IMG/VR virus record: IMGVR_UViG_3300040815_002027
DNA length: 64,000 nucleotides
Source of the DNA: a virus
Strand: one strand, 5' to 3'
A program made the position numbers and the translations under genes. A model generated the notes under the pieces. That model had not been told where the DNA came from, ran no database searches, and saw nothing but the letters and a program-made list of their open reading frames with translations. This document shows positions 42,726-52,935 of the stretch, piece by piece; within the stretch, counting starts at the first letter, position 1, and each line of letters begins with the position of its first letter.

Positions 42726-43448
42726 ATGAAAAGTTTAACGTTTTTATCAGCCAATCAAAAAGTTGTAAATGTCATTGCATTAAATAAAACTAAAAATGGC
42801 AAAATAACTACACCGAATAAATTAATACTACAAACCTATCACTTTGATATTGAGCAAATAAATTTTGCCAAACAAGGTGGTAAAGGTATTAATTTAGATA
42901 CTGGATTTCTTAATCCTAAATTAACTGAAAATAATTGTTTGAGCTGTCCTTTAAGATTTGGCGGTTGTTATACACATCACGGTATCCAGCCTGTAGGCCA
43001 TTTATCTATGTTACGTAGATTGGCTAAATTAGATAAAATACCTCAATATTCTGTTGATACCATTAACCAATCTTTAGCAATGTTACAATTAACTACAAAT
43101 AAATACATTAGGTTTGGCAGTTATGGGTGTCCAACAAATTTACCCTTTAATTTGGTACAATTATTAGCCGAAAATGCTAATAACTATACGGGATATACGC
43201 ATGAATGGCACAATCCTAAAAACTACAAATATATGGCTTATTTTATGGCTTCTACTCACCAAAGTGACCCTATATTCAGTAGCAAATTAGCCAATGATTT
43301 GGGTTTTAGAACATTTGAGATAGACGGAAAAGTTAATACCGTCCAATGTCCACATTCAACCAACAAAGATATTAAATGTGACAAATGTGGTTTATGTAGC
43401 GGATATAAAGGTAAAGGAAAAACAAATATAGGTATCCCAAAACACTAG
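42726..43448 (+). CDS. Cys-rich phage protein (gp88-like, possible Fe-S)
   Basis: CLSCPL..GCY, IRFGSYG.P, TGYTHEW, FMAST, CP...CDKCGLC. Confidence 0.6.
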   Translation: MKSLTFLSANQKVVNVIALNKTKNGKITTPNKLILQTYHFDIEQINFAKQGGKGINLDTGFLNPKLTENNCLSCPLRFGGCYTHHGIQPVGHLSMLRRLAKLDKIPQYSVDTINQSLAMLQLTTNKYIRFGSYGCPTNLPFNLVQLLAENANNYTGYTHEWHNPKNYKYMAYFMASTHQSDPIFSSKLANDLGFRTFEIDGKVNTVQCPHSTNKDIKCDKCGLCSGYKGKGKTNIGIPKH

Positions 43449-45075
43449 GTTTAGATTGATTAATTAGTTTAACGGCCTGGCAATAAGTTAGGCCGTTTTT
43501 TTTATGCTTATAAGGATGATCCTTTATACCTATTTATTTGCGTGTTTGATTAATTACTAATTAGTGTTTATGTTTACTTTTAAGTTATTATACACACTAT
43601 ATGTTTATTGTAAAGTTATTCTATATAGTATATGTTTACTTTTAAGTTATTCTATATAGTATATGTTTACTTTTAAGTTATTTTTTTCTAGAAAATTTTG
43701 CGGTGATGAAATAAAAAACTATATTTGCAAAAGATTAATTAACAATTAAAACTTATTAAAATGAGGAATTTAAAATTGCACGAAATTATTGAAAGGTCTG
43801 AATCGCTTGTGGAAATTAGCTATAAAGACGTTGCACCAAAAGTAAAACAATTAAAAACTTACTACGGTACTAAAGTTTTCTTTTTGGCTACATTTGTTAG
43901 CAATGCTATTCAAGGTGGTATTGTTGTCCCAATAGATTATATAAATGAAGCAATAGATGAAATAGCACTACTACATTCAGAAGATAATGAGGAATTTGAA
44001 TATTTAAAAGAATTATACAGTCACCAAACAGTATTATTATAATTAATTAACAATTAAAACTTATTATTATGCCGTACTCAATTGAAGATACTATGGAAAT
44101 TTACCTGTTAAATAATGAAACAGGCGAAGAATGTACTTTTAAAGTAGATTTCAACTATTACTATGACGAAGGTAGATATCACAGTGCGTGGGAAGATAGT
44201 TATCCTGCTGAAGAATGTCTGGAAGTTACATGGGTTGAAAATGAAGAAAATTTGCCCGACTGGGTAACTGAGGAAATGATATATAATGAGGTGGAAAATA
44301 ACTTACACTGTTATTAATATCATAGAAAAATAGTGTTAAAATAGGGTAACATTAATTTGTTATCCTATTTTTTTTCTTATAAGGAAGACCTAATATGCGT
44401 ACTTGTTTGCGTGTTTGACCAATTGACTGGTTGACTGGATCTATTTTTATATGTTTACTTTAAAGTTATTCTGTATACTATATGTTTACTTTAAAGTTAT
44501 TCTGTATACTATATGTTTACTTTTAACTTATTATTACTATCAAAATAACTTTTTAGTAAAAAAAATTAACTTGATATTGAAATAAAAACTATCTTTGTAT
44601 CGTATTAATTAATAACTAAAACAACACAACATGGAATTTTTAAAAGAATTCGAATTGCAAGGATTTACTTACCACCTAGTTTTACACTGCGAAAAAACAT
44701 ACTTTTTTTTCGCTGGACTATTTTTTGAGGCTAACGGTTTTGAGTCTCAAATAACCGTTGAAAATTACATTTTATCATTATTAAATTAATTAACTATGCT
44801 AAACTTAATCAAGCTCGTATTTTTGGTTTTAATTGGTATTGCATTATTGTATATTGATGCGGTTATAAAAATACCACAATTAAAACTTATTGCATCATTT
44901 CCTTTTATGACAGTGGGAATATATCTAATTATCCTATTCCTTTTCCCTAAATTGGAAAAGCGGATAATTGGCTAACTTTTTTTTAATTGGGTGAAAATTT
45001 TTTCATCCAATTATTCTTTATTTCAAATTTATTTATATCTTTGCTATCATTTTAAACTTTAAAAATTTTCAAAAC

Positions 45076-45864
45076 ATGGAAAAAGTAATTTCAAAAGACG
45101 AATTAATTAAGATTTGTCCAGCAGTAATTTCAAAGCAATCACCATCAGTTAAAAGCCGTTATGTTCATATTAACACTATGGACGTTATTGAGCAAGTATT
45201 AAACAGTGGCAATTGGGATATTACCAAAGCAATTGGTAAGGACCAATACGGTTACCATCAAGTTATCTTGACTCAAAACGATAGTTTTGAGAACACTGAC
45301 AAATTAGGAAAATTGTTTCCTCAAATTAAAGTAATTTCGTCTCATGACGGTACAACAAAATTTCAGATGCTTATGGGTATTTTTAGACTCATTTGTGATA
45401 ACGGTTTAGTTGCACCGATGAAAAATACTTCAGAAGCAAATACCGTAAAACATATTGGCATAGACACTGATTATGTTAACGGGGTAATCGAAAATACTTT
45501 ATCTAACGGTTACGGTATTATTGGGAAAATTTCTAAAATGAGGAACACTGATATTTTTGAGGATGCAAAAATAGACCTTATTAACACCGCACTATTGACT
45601 AAAGGTAGGGTACATGAAAATGAGGCTAGTAACTTTATTTCAAAGTTAAATACCGAAACCTACAAATCTATTTGTGAAATAAATAGACCACAGGATGCGG
45701 GAAATAATATTTGGAATGTTTTTAATACCGTTCAAGAAAATGTGCTACGTGGTAATTATACGGTTTACGGGGAAAAGAATAGAAAGGCTAGACCTGTTAC
45801 TGATTTTCGACTAAACGACCGTATTAATACAGCTATGTTTGAAAAGGTATTAGAACTAGTATAA
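45076..45864 (+). CDS. DUF932/DUF945 family protein
   Basis: RYVHINT, SSHDGT..FQ..GIFRLICDNGL, WNVFNTVQEN. Confidence 0.85.
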   Translation: MEKVISKDELIKICPAVISKQSPSVKSRYVHINTMDVIEQVLNSGNWDITKAIGKDQYGYHQVILTQNDSFENTDKLGKLFPQIKVISSHDGTTKFQMLMGIFRLICDNGLVAPMKNTSEANTVKHIGIDTDYVNGVIENTLSNGYGIIGKISKMRNTDIFEDAKIDLINTALLTKGRVHENEASNFISKLNTETYKSICEINRPQDAGNNIWNVFNTVQENVLRGNYTVYGEKNRKARPVTDFRLNDRINTAMFEKVLELV

Positions 45865-45888
45865 CATTAAAATAGTCTAGCATTAAGA

Positions 45889-45921
45889 TAGGGTAACATT
45901 AATTTGTTACCCTATTTTTTT
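45889..45921 (+). terminator. Intrinsic terminator with ACATTAATTTGT core (related copies near 42417, 44341, 46635)
   Basis: TAGGGTAACATTAATTTGTTACCCTA plus T-run; stems covary between copies. Confidence 0.8.
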
Positions 45922-46148
45922 ATCTTATAAGGACGGTATAATATGTATATTTATTTGCGTGTTTGACCTATTTTAAAGCGGTTTTTTTAGACGTTTTTTT
46001 GTTGACTGGGATTGTTCCCTATTGAGTAAAAAAAAGTCCTGAAATTAGCCTTAAAATAGCCTTGTAAAAAAAATGAAAAAAAATTAACTTGATATTGAAA
46101 TAAAAACTATCTTTGTGGAAATTAATTTTTTAACTAAACTTAACTATC

Positions 46149-46616
46149 ATGAAAAATTTAAAAGAACTTTTAGATTATTTGCACAAATTAATCGTACTGG
46201 AAAACCGCTCAAATGTCGGCTTTGTATGGATAGGGAAAACGTCCATTGCTAACTTAAATAAGTTAGGCAAAGAACTTTATCCTGAGGGAATAACTAAGGT
46301 GCAAAAGACTAAGGCTAATATTGCTAATAAAATTAGCCGTCATTTTGATAAAGTTAATGAGCCGTTAAAAGGTATTGGTACATGGGGAAAAAGGATACAT
46401 GCTGGACGTGTTGACCACAAAGAAGCAAGTTATATTGAAGTTTTCAGTGCGAAAAATGAGTATCAATATTTTTGCAATGCTACGGGCAATGAATTAAATT
46501 TTGCTGAAATTAAGCAATACCTATCTTTAAGACAGCCAACAGCACATAAATATAGACGTTTTAAATTGGATGCAAATGTAGATTTTGTTTCCTTTGCAGG
46601 AAAGCGATTTAAATAG
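46149..46616 (+). CDS. Hypothetical early protein
   Basis: Own TATCTTTG promoter element and terminator. Confidence 0.6.
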   Translation: MKNLKELLDYLHKLIVLENRSNVGFVWIGKTSIANLNKLGKELYPEGITKVQKTKANIANKISRHFDKVNEPLKGIGTWGKRIHAGRVDHKEASYIEVFSAKNEYQYFCNATGNELNFAEIKQYLSLRQPTAHKYRRFKLDANVDFVSFAGKRFK

Positions 46617-47028
46617 CCTATAATTTAGTTTAAATAGGGGACTACATTAATTTGTAGTCCCTTTTTTTGTGCCTATCTTATTCTAATAGGCTATTTAGAC
46701 GTCAAATTTTAGACGTTTTTTTATTTTAGGTATATTACTATCATATTGATACAAGTATCGAAATTTCGCCTTAAAATAGGCAATTAGACCATCCAGAATA
46801 TTATACTATTATTTAAGTGTTTTACGAAATTATATTTTATAATTTAAAAGTATAATTTAGCCAAAGTATAATATAATAATATAATTTGGTATTATACGTG
46901 TATGGCGAAATTATATTTGGGGGTTAGGTTTCTTGGCGATATAAAATTTGGTGGAGGGTGGCCTGGCGCAGACTCGTTTTTATATCGAGGTCAAAATTTT
47001 TTACTGGGAAAAGTGTTTATCAAACTGG

Positions 47029-47126
47029 ACCTACCTCCCTACCTCCCTACCAACCCTATCCTTCCATCCTACCTACCCACCTACCTACCATCCTACCAAC
47101 CTACCTACCAACCTACCAACCCATCA
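47029..47126. repeat. 98-nt G-free (CCTA/CCAA)n low-complexity tract
   Basis: No G on the + strand from 47029 to 47126. Confidence 0.9.
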
Positions 47127-47282
47127 GTCTACTTAGTCATATACCTCCAGCCTTACTCTTTGTATCAAACATAAAGGATCGAAAAAAGTTGGGGGGAGAC
47201 TCTAAAAAATTATTTGCCTAAAAAGTAAATATTTATATAAGAATAGTATTTTAAAAAAATTCCGCAAAAAAAATTTTTTCCT

Positions 47283-47915
47283 GTGAGACTAGTTTCCCTA
47301 CTTCCTATTAGAGAGTCTGTAACTTCCAAGTTTTCTTCTATGATCAAGTCTAATCCAGGGCTTATTACAAAGACTTTACTACCCACTTCAGTTCTTATGT
47401 TAATACCTTTATTAGCTAATAGTAGGAGTGTTAAGTATTTGGTTCCAGATCATAAAGACACTTTGTTAAGTTTTTGGCGAAGGTCTATTAAGTATTTAGG
47501 AAGTAGTGTAATTTCTATAAAGGAGTATGATATAGACTTGGATAAGTTAACTCCAGAAATTGTTGGCGAGATGTCTGCATCTTCTGTTGATATTATAACA
47601 GCCAGGGTAATCTTAGATTTGCTTTCCAAAGATATTTTAACAAAAGTTAAGGTTAGATCAGATAAGGTAAGAAAAGCTGTGTCGTATTTGGTAAAGGATA
47701 TTACCAATTTAAAGGATATTGACGATAGTGCTATAGATGCGTATTTAGAGTCTTTAAGGGATGGGAGTAATACTTTTTCTTATAATGGCATTCAGTATAA
47801 TACCTATTTAGAAGATAGTCCTATTCAGATTGCAAAAGCAGAATTAAGTGATAAGGCAAGTGATCATAAAAAAGTTGGCGAGATGGTAGACGAATTAGAA
47901 AAACTGTTAAAATGA
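47283..47915 (+). CDS. Hypothetical protein, first gene of the late-type block
   Basis: After TATTTATA at 47230; GTG start. Confidence 0.55.
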   Translation: MRLVSLLPIRESVTSKFSSMIKSNPGLITKTLLPTSVLMLIPLLANSRSVKYLVPDHKDTLLSFWRRSIKYLGSSVISIKEYDIDLDKLTPEIVGEMSASSVDIITARVILDLLSKDILTKVKVRSDKVRKAVSYLVKDITNLKDIDDSAIDAYLESLRDGSNTFSYNGIQYNTYLEDSPIQIAKAELSDKASDHKKVGEMVDELEKLLK

Positions 47916-48565
47916 TAAAACTAAAAGACATACTTTTAGAGGTTAGTAAGGTGTTTTATCACGGCACTCCAGATTCCAGGCAGATATCAAAACAAGCTGG
48001 TTTTGAAAGAAAGACAAAAACTATAAACTATATAGAGGATTTGGATAGATACAAAGAATTACAAAGACAGCTTAAGGATACAGACTATGCTAATATAGGA
48101 CAGATAGGTAAAGAGATAAAGTCTTTAGAAAAAAAACATACTTTTAGATCTCCTATATTTTTAACAGATACTCTTTCAGTTGCAAAGACATATAGTAAGA
48201 AGCCTGCCTGGGGTAGTCAGAATAGTACCCCTAAAGTGTATAAGGTAAAGACCAGTCCTTCAAAGATATTAACCTTAGATATAAAAGGTAAGAGGTTTGA
48301 TTTTTTAGATGTAGGTTTAGTTGCAGGTGCGTTTAAAAGTGCGGGAGAAGATACTAACACCTTCCATAATTTATTACAAAAGTATGAGTACTATCAGTTA
48401 GGTAACATAGAAGGAGTACCTACAGACTCTTTAGTGGCTATTGCAGACGAGTTAGGCTTTGACTGTATTGATGTTTTAAATGCAGAGGATAGTTATAATG
48501 TAGGAAACAAATTATCAACAATAAGAATTATGTTGGAACCAAACGATATAAATATTATAAGATGA
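47912..48565 (+). CDS. ART-PolyVal-like protein with MIKLKDILLE leader
   Basis: FYHGT, IFLTD..VAKTY, GFDCI. Confidence 0.6.
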   Translation: MIKLKDILLEVSKVFYHGTPDSRQISKQAGFERKTKTINYIEDLDRYKELQRQLKDTDYANIGQIGKEIKSLEKKHTFRSPIFLTDTLSVAKTYSKKPAWGSQNSTPKVYKVKTSPSKILTLDIKGKRFDFLDVGLVAGAFKSAGEDTNTFHNLLQKYEYYQLGNIEGVPTDSLVAIADELGFDCIDVLNAEDSYNVGNKLSTIRIMLEPNDINIIR

Positions 48566-49581
48566 TTAAATTAAAAAACATTGTAGAGAGTATCTTAAAA
48601 GAAAGAATATCAGATATAGTATACCACGCTACGTATCTTAATAAAGGCCTAAGCATATTAAAACAAGATGCTTTTGTTTTAGCTACTGTAACTGGTACTA
48701 AATCTGAAAAAGAAAAAAATAAAGGTAAAAACTACTATATGTCTTTAGCAAGATCTATGAGCAGTGGTTATAATCTTTTTAGAAATGCTAGACAAATTAT
48801 ATTTTTTAAACTTGATGGAAAATTGTTGGGAAATAACTTAAAAGGAGGTCCTATAGATTATTGGGATGGTATGCATATGATGAATATAAGTAATATGACA
48901 AATAAAGAAATGGAAGATAGAATATTCTCGGATAAACCTAAAATAGAAAATGCTTCTAAATATATAGAAGAGGTATATATTTTTTTAGGAGAAAAAAAAT
49001 TTAAAATGAATAAAGATGAAAAAGGTATACCTACTGGTACATATACATCCTGGTATGAATTGGAAAATATGTTATCAGATAATACAAAAAACATTATATT
49101 ACAAATACTTGTACTACTAAAAAAAAGAGGCATACCTTTTTACATATACTTTAATAAATCAGATTTATTATCAAACAATAAGAAAAATGCCGTCAATTTT
49201 AAACAACTTAATTTAGGAGATAGAAAAGGTAATTTAGAATACAGTTATGACCGCTCAGATGTAAATAAATATAGGTATTTGGAAAAATCTCAATTATTAA
49301 TATACTTATATTATTTTAACAATATAAATAAAATTAAAAACATTGTTCCAAAACACTATAAAGATATTGTAAAATCTAAAGTATACGATATAACTAAGTT
49401 ACATAAAAACGATTTTCTAATGAGTGAGTATATTAGAAGTTTAAAAGGTGAGATCCACAATGAAAAATCTAAAAACAACAACTATATTAATAGGCTCAAT
49501 AAAATAATGAGAGATGAAAAATTAACTAATTTAGAAGACCTTGTTACCTTAATATCAAAAAAATGGGATAAAATATTATGA
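48562..49581 (+). CDS. Leader-bearing protein with ART-like H-S-E pattern; paralog of 57482..58504
   Basis: VYHAT, YYMSLARS, LDG, EMEDR. Confidence 0.5.
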   Translation: MIKLKNIVESILKERISDIVYHATYLNKGLSILKQDAFVLATVTGTKSEKEKNKGKNYYMSLARSMSSGYNLFRNARQIIFFKLDGKLLGNNLKGGPIDYWDGMHMMNISNMTNKEMEDRIFSDKPKIENASKYIEEVYIFLGEKKFKMNKDEKGIPTGTYTSWYELENMLSDNTKNIILQILVLLKKRGIPFYIYFNKSDLLSNNKKNAVNFKQLNLGDRKGNLEYSYDRSDVNKYRYLEKSQLLIYLYYFNNINKIKNIVPKHYKDIVKSKVYDITKLHKNDFLMSEYIRSLKGEIHNEKSKNNNYINRLNKIMRDEKLTNLEDLVTLISKKWDKIL

Positions 49582-50063
49582 TTAAATTAAAACAAATACT
49601 AAACACCTTAACAGAATCATTAGAAAGATTACAATTCTCAAACTGGGAGATTCCTGACTTAAAGCAGCTTAAGCTAGAGTTTAAGGTAGAGCATCAGCTA
49701 AAAAGAAATAACTTTTTTGAAAGTGAAGAAGATTTCTTAGAAAGAGTAGATAAAGGTGAGATAATAACAATAACAGAGCAAGATGATAGAAGTATATCTT
49801 ATAGATCAAGAACAAAGAGCTTTGATCAGCTACATAATCTTATAAGAAGTTACGCTTCTTATCCAGAGTTTAGAAATGAGGATACTTTAAAAAATATTTA
49901 CAAAGGTTTTAGAGAAGGTAAGGCTATGGATTTACCTATTGTAATTGAGTTTAGTAACGGAGCAAGAAGAATATTCTCTGGAAATACAAGATTAGATGTA
50001 GCCTTTCAGTTAGGGGTTACTCCTGTAAAGGTTCTTCTTATAAAGTCTGACCGAGAATATTAA
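49578..50063 (+). CDS. ParB/Srx-like domain protein with MIKLKQIL leader
   Basis: LPIVI..IFSGNTRL. Confidence 0.55.
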   Translation: MIKLKQILNTLTESLERLQFSNWEIPDLKQLKLEFKVEHQLKRNNFFESEEDFLERVDKGEIITITEQDDRSISYRSRTKSFDQLHNLIRSYASYPEFRNEDTLKNIYKGFREGKAMDLPIVIEFSNGARRIFSGNTRLDVAFQLGVTPVKVLLIKSDREY

Positions 50064-50115
50064 TATCCGCTGCGTATTTTGTGGCGGAGAAGTATATTTA
50101 TATTAAAACAACAGT

Positions 50116-51216
50116 ATGAACAAACAACTTATTAAAGAAGAAATCGCCAAAATACAGAGAATTGCAGAGGTAAAACAGCAATTAGACGGCAAATATGAGT
50201 ATCCTTCCTATACAAATGAGCAAATTGAGGTCTTAAAGGAGGGTTTTTTAGACAAAATGAAGGCTAAGTTTAAGGATAAGTTTACATATGATCCTAACGT
50301 AAAAGCTATCTATTCTTATATAAAAGGTGGCGGAAAAGGCAATTTAAGGCTTCAAAACTACCCTTATGGTACATTTCCACCTGAATTGAAGAAAGTTGGC
50401 GGCAATTTTACTGTATCTTCTTCTAAAATAGAGGAGTTTTCTCCTAAAATGCAGATAGATGGAGATTTAACTGTTATGAAAACAGATATAAAGAATTTAG
50501 GAAAAGACTTAACTATTAAGAATGACCTAGCTATTATAAACTGTACTAACTTAAATGTATTTCCTAATAAGATTTTTGTTGGGGGAAGTATTGCAATCAA
50601 GGACACTCCGATAAAATCTTGGCCCAAAACTATATCAAAGATCAACGGTAATCTAGGATTATATAAAACAGATGTAGCTGAACTACCTTCAGGTCTATCT
50701 GTAAACGGAGTTCTAGATTTAAGAGACACTCCGATAAAGAAGATTCCAGATAATTTATTTGTAGCAGATAGTTTGTATGTGACTGGATGTCCTAATCTTA
50801 AGGGTGTATTCAGTTTTGGAAAAAATATTAGAGTAGATAAGAATGTTCATTTAAAGAAGACTCCTTTGATGAAGAGCTTAAGTACTCAGGATGATGTAAA
50901 AAGTTTTGTTGAAGCTACTGGTATGCAAGTAGGTGCGATACACTACGGTAAAAAATATCCTGTTGCTTTTAATGCTGGAAAAAAATCAAAGAAGGTAACA
51001 GCAGACATTGGAGGTAAGATCAGAGCTAAGCGAACAGCTCAAGGAGGTGGAGGGTTTGGCGGACAACTTGGAGCAGGTGGTAGAGCTGCTGGTGGAAGTA
51101 GAAAGAAGAGTATCTTCAACATCTTCAGAGAAAGTTTAAAAGAGGCTGAATATAGTCCAGAGGAGTTAAAGGAGATCGAAGGTGCTATTTCTATCTTACA
51201 AAAATATGATGCCTAA
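50116..51216 (+). CDS. Leucine-rich-repeat protein
   Basis: About 22-aa LP.xLxVxGxLDLxxT repeats; Gly-rich tail. Confidence 0.7.
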   Translation: MNKQLIKEEIAKIQRIAEVKQQLDGKYEYPSYTNEQIEVLKEGFLDKMKAKFKDKFTYDPNVKAIYSYIKGGGKGNLRLQNYPYGTFPPELKKVGGNFTVSSSKIEEFSPKMQIDGDLTVMKTDIKNLGKDLTIKNDLAIINCTNLNVFPNKIFVGGSIAIKDTPIKSWPKTISKINGNLGLYKTDVAELPSGLSVNGVLDLRDTPIKKIPDNLFVADSLYVTGCPNLKGVFSFGKNIRVDKNVHLKKTPLMKSLSTQDDVKSFVEATGMQVGAIHYGKKYPVAFNAGKKSKKVTADIGGKIRAKRTAQGGGGFGGQLGAGGRAAGGSRKKSIFNIFRESLKEAEYSPEELKEIEGAISILQKYDA

Positions 51217-51770
51217 TGAACATATTAAAGGTAAGTAAGAATAAGCCTTTAGTAGATGCTATTGCCAACAGACATCCTATATCTTTTATGTATTATGGAG
51301 ACAAGAACAGAGATGTACTTGTAGGTAAGAGGCAGTACGCTGAACCTGTTGCTATAGGAATCTCAAAAAAAGGCAATCTTATGATAAGATGTTACATAGA
51401 GCCTCCAACCAAGTCTAAGTCAGGCTATAAGAGGAGTTACTGGAGAACTTATTTAGTCTCTGGTATGAGAGGTGTGGTTGTTATGAAATCTAAAACTTTT
51501 GATTTAACAAGACCATTATATAATGGTGGAGGGGATGATAGGACTATGGTAACTACACTGTTTTCTAATGAGCCTGGTGCTGATCCGTACAGAACTCCAA
51601 AACAGATTCAGGCTGATGAGAAAAAGAAGCAAAGAGAAAAGGACACTCAGATTTCAGATAAGATAAAGAAGTCTATACAAGATAAGGTTAAAAAAGCAAG
51701 AGGGAACTTGAGTGCGAGGGATAAGGCCTTTATCAAACAGCAACAAGAAAAGTTAAAAAGAAAAAGATGA
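51216..51770 (+). CDS. WYL-like domain protein
   Basis: AIANRHPISFMY..R..EPVAIG..LMIRCY..WRTYLVSGM. Confidence 0.65.
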   Translation: MNILKVSKNKPLVDAIANRHPISFMYYGDKNRDVLVGKRQYAEPVAIGISKKGNLMIRCYIEPPTKSKSGYKRSYWRTYLVSGMRGVVVMKSKTFDLTRPLYNGGGDDRTMVTTLFSNEPGADPYRTPKQIQADEKKKQREKDTQISDKIKKSIQDKVKKARGNLSARDKAFIKQQQEKLKRKR

Positions 51771-52372
51771 CAAAGCTATCTGAGTTAAAAAAAGAAACGC
51801 TTTTAAATACTGAAGAGTATTATGAGGTAGCTAAGGCTATAAGAGCTGGCAAACCTATAGACTTTTATTACTCACAAAAAAGTTCAGTATCTCCTTTATA
51901 CTGGGCTGGTCCTGGTGCTGGACCTGAAGCTTCAAAAAGAATAACCGTCCAACCCTATGCTTTAGGTATATCTAATAAGTATACTGGATCTGGAGTCTTT
52001 ATGTTGGCAATGATAAGAAAAGGAGAAACCTTTAGTATGTCCAACACAGGAATTTGGAGAACTTATTATTTACATAGAATGGCAGATATAGAGCAGTCTT
52101 CTGAAAGGTGGGTAACGCCTAATAAAAGACCGCCAGATGATAAATTATTTAAAAATATAGGAGATATAACAATGGTACACAGAGAATTAAACAGCATACC
52201 TCAAGATGACACTCTAGATACAGACGTAGACTATGAGATAAGCGAAGCTGAAGAAGCGGATATTAAAAACCTACAAAAAGATGTAGAGGAGTTTAGTAAG
52301 AATAAGGAGAAGATAAAGACAAAGTTATCTGATATTGCCAAACAACTTTTAGGAGATAAAGACAAGAAATGA
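51767..52372 (+). CDS. WYL-like domain protein (paralog)
   Basis: AIRAGKPIDFYY..RITVQPYALG..WRTYYLHRM. Confidence 0.6.
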   Translation: MTKLSELKKETLLNTEEYYEVAKAIRAGKPIDFYYSQKSSVSPLYWAGPGAGPEASKRITVQPYALGISNKYTGSGVFMLAMIRKGETFSMSNTGIWRTYYLHRMADIEQSSERWVTPNKRPPDDKLFKNIGDITMVHRELNSIPQDDTLDTDVDYEISEAEEADIKNLQKDVEEFSKNKEKIKTKLSDIAKQLLGDKDKK

Positions 52373-52935
52373 TAAAGATATTACTTTTTACATTTGCCCC
52401 CATCTTTTTGATGGCACAAGATAACTCTCTATTTTATAGTTTTGGCTTTTATATGAACGATGTAAGAGACTTAGATGGGAGAACTCCTATATCTTTAGAG
52501 ATAGGTGCTGATATGGACACTTACACTGCGTCTTTGCAATCAGATGTAAGAAGAGGAAAGACTTACATAGGGAATTATGTTTCTAACTCTGATCCTGTTA
52601 GTATAGACACCAGGTATGTAATTAATGGTAAGATAAATAAGAATCATTTATTAGGAGGGTATGGGCAGTTTACAACAACTGCAATGGCCATAGATGGAGC
52701 TGCCATAGGATTATCTTATAGGTATATAAATAAGCCTACAAAAGTTTTTTCTTTTTTTGCCGACTTTTTTTTGCCTGTATTAGGCTATAACAAAATAAGA
52801 AAGTGGAACCCTGTTGACGAGCGTGTAAATAGTATTATCTTTGGACATAACCTTAATCCTGCCTACAAAGCCAGGAACACAGAAATTAGGTTTAAAGTAG
52901 GATTAGTAATTAGAAACTTTATAAATGAAAGATAA
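52369..52935 (+). CDS. Exported beta-strand-rich protein (paralog of 55323..55955)
   Basis: Signal peptide; shares GKTY, GGYGQ, DG.A.G and E.RF.VG with 55323. Confidence 0.55.
   Translation: MIKILLFTFAPIFLMAQDNSLFYSFGFYMNDVRDLDGRTPISLEIGADMDTYTASLQSDVRRGKTYIGNYVSNSDPVSIDTRYVINGKINKNHLLGGYGQFTTTAMAIDGAAIGLSYRYINKPTKVFSFFADFFLPVLGYNKIRKWNPVDERVNSIIFGHNLNPAYKARNTEIRFKVGLVIRNFINER

Larger units (their letters stand above)
36701..45965. repeat. Nine intergenic CTTATAAGG-N22-TTGCGTGTT(TG) motifs
   Basis: CTTATAAGG at 36701, 36949, 37986, 39020, 41424, 42452, 43507, 44376, 45924; spacing 22 nt in all. Confidence 0.9.

Noticed and set aside
46902-47221. Three overlapping Pro/Thr/Leu-rich ORFs
   Set aside because: Arise from the G-free low-complexity tract, which has few stops
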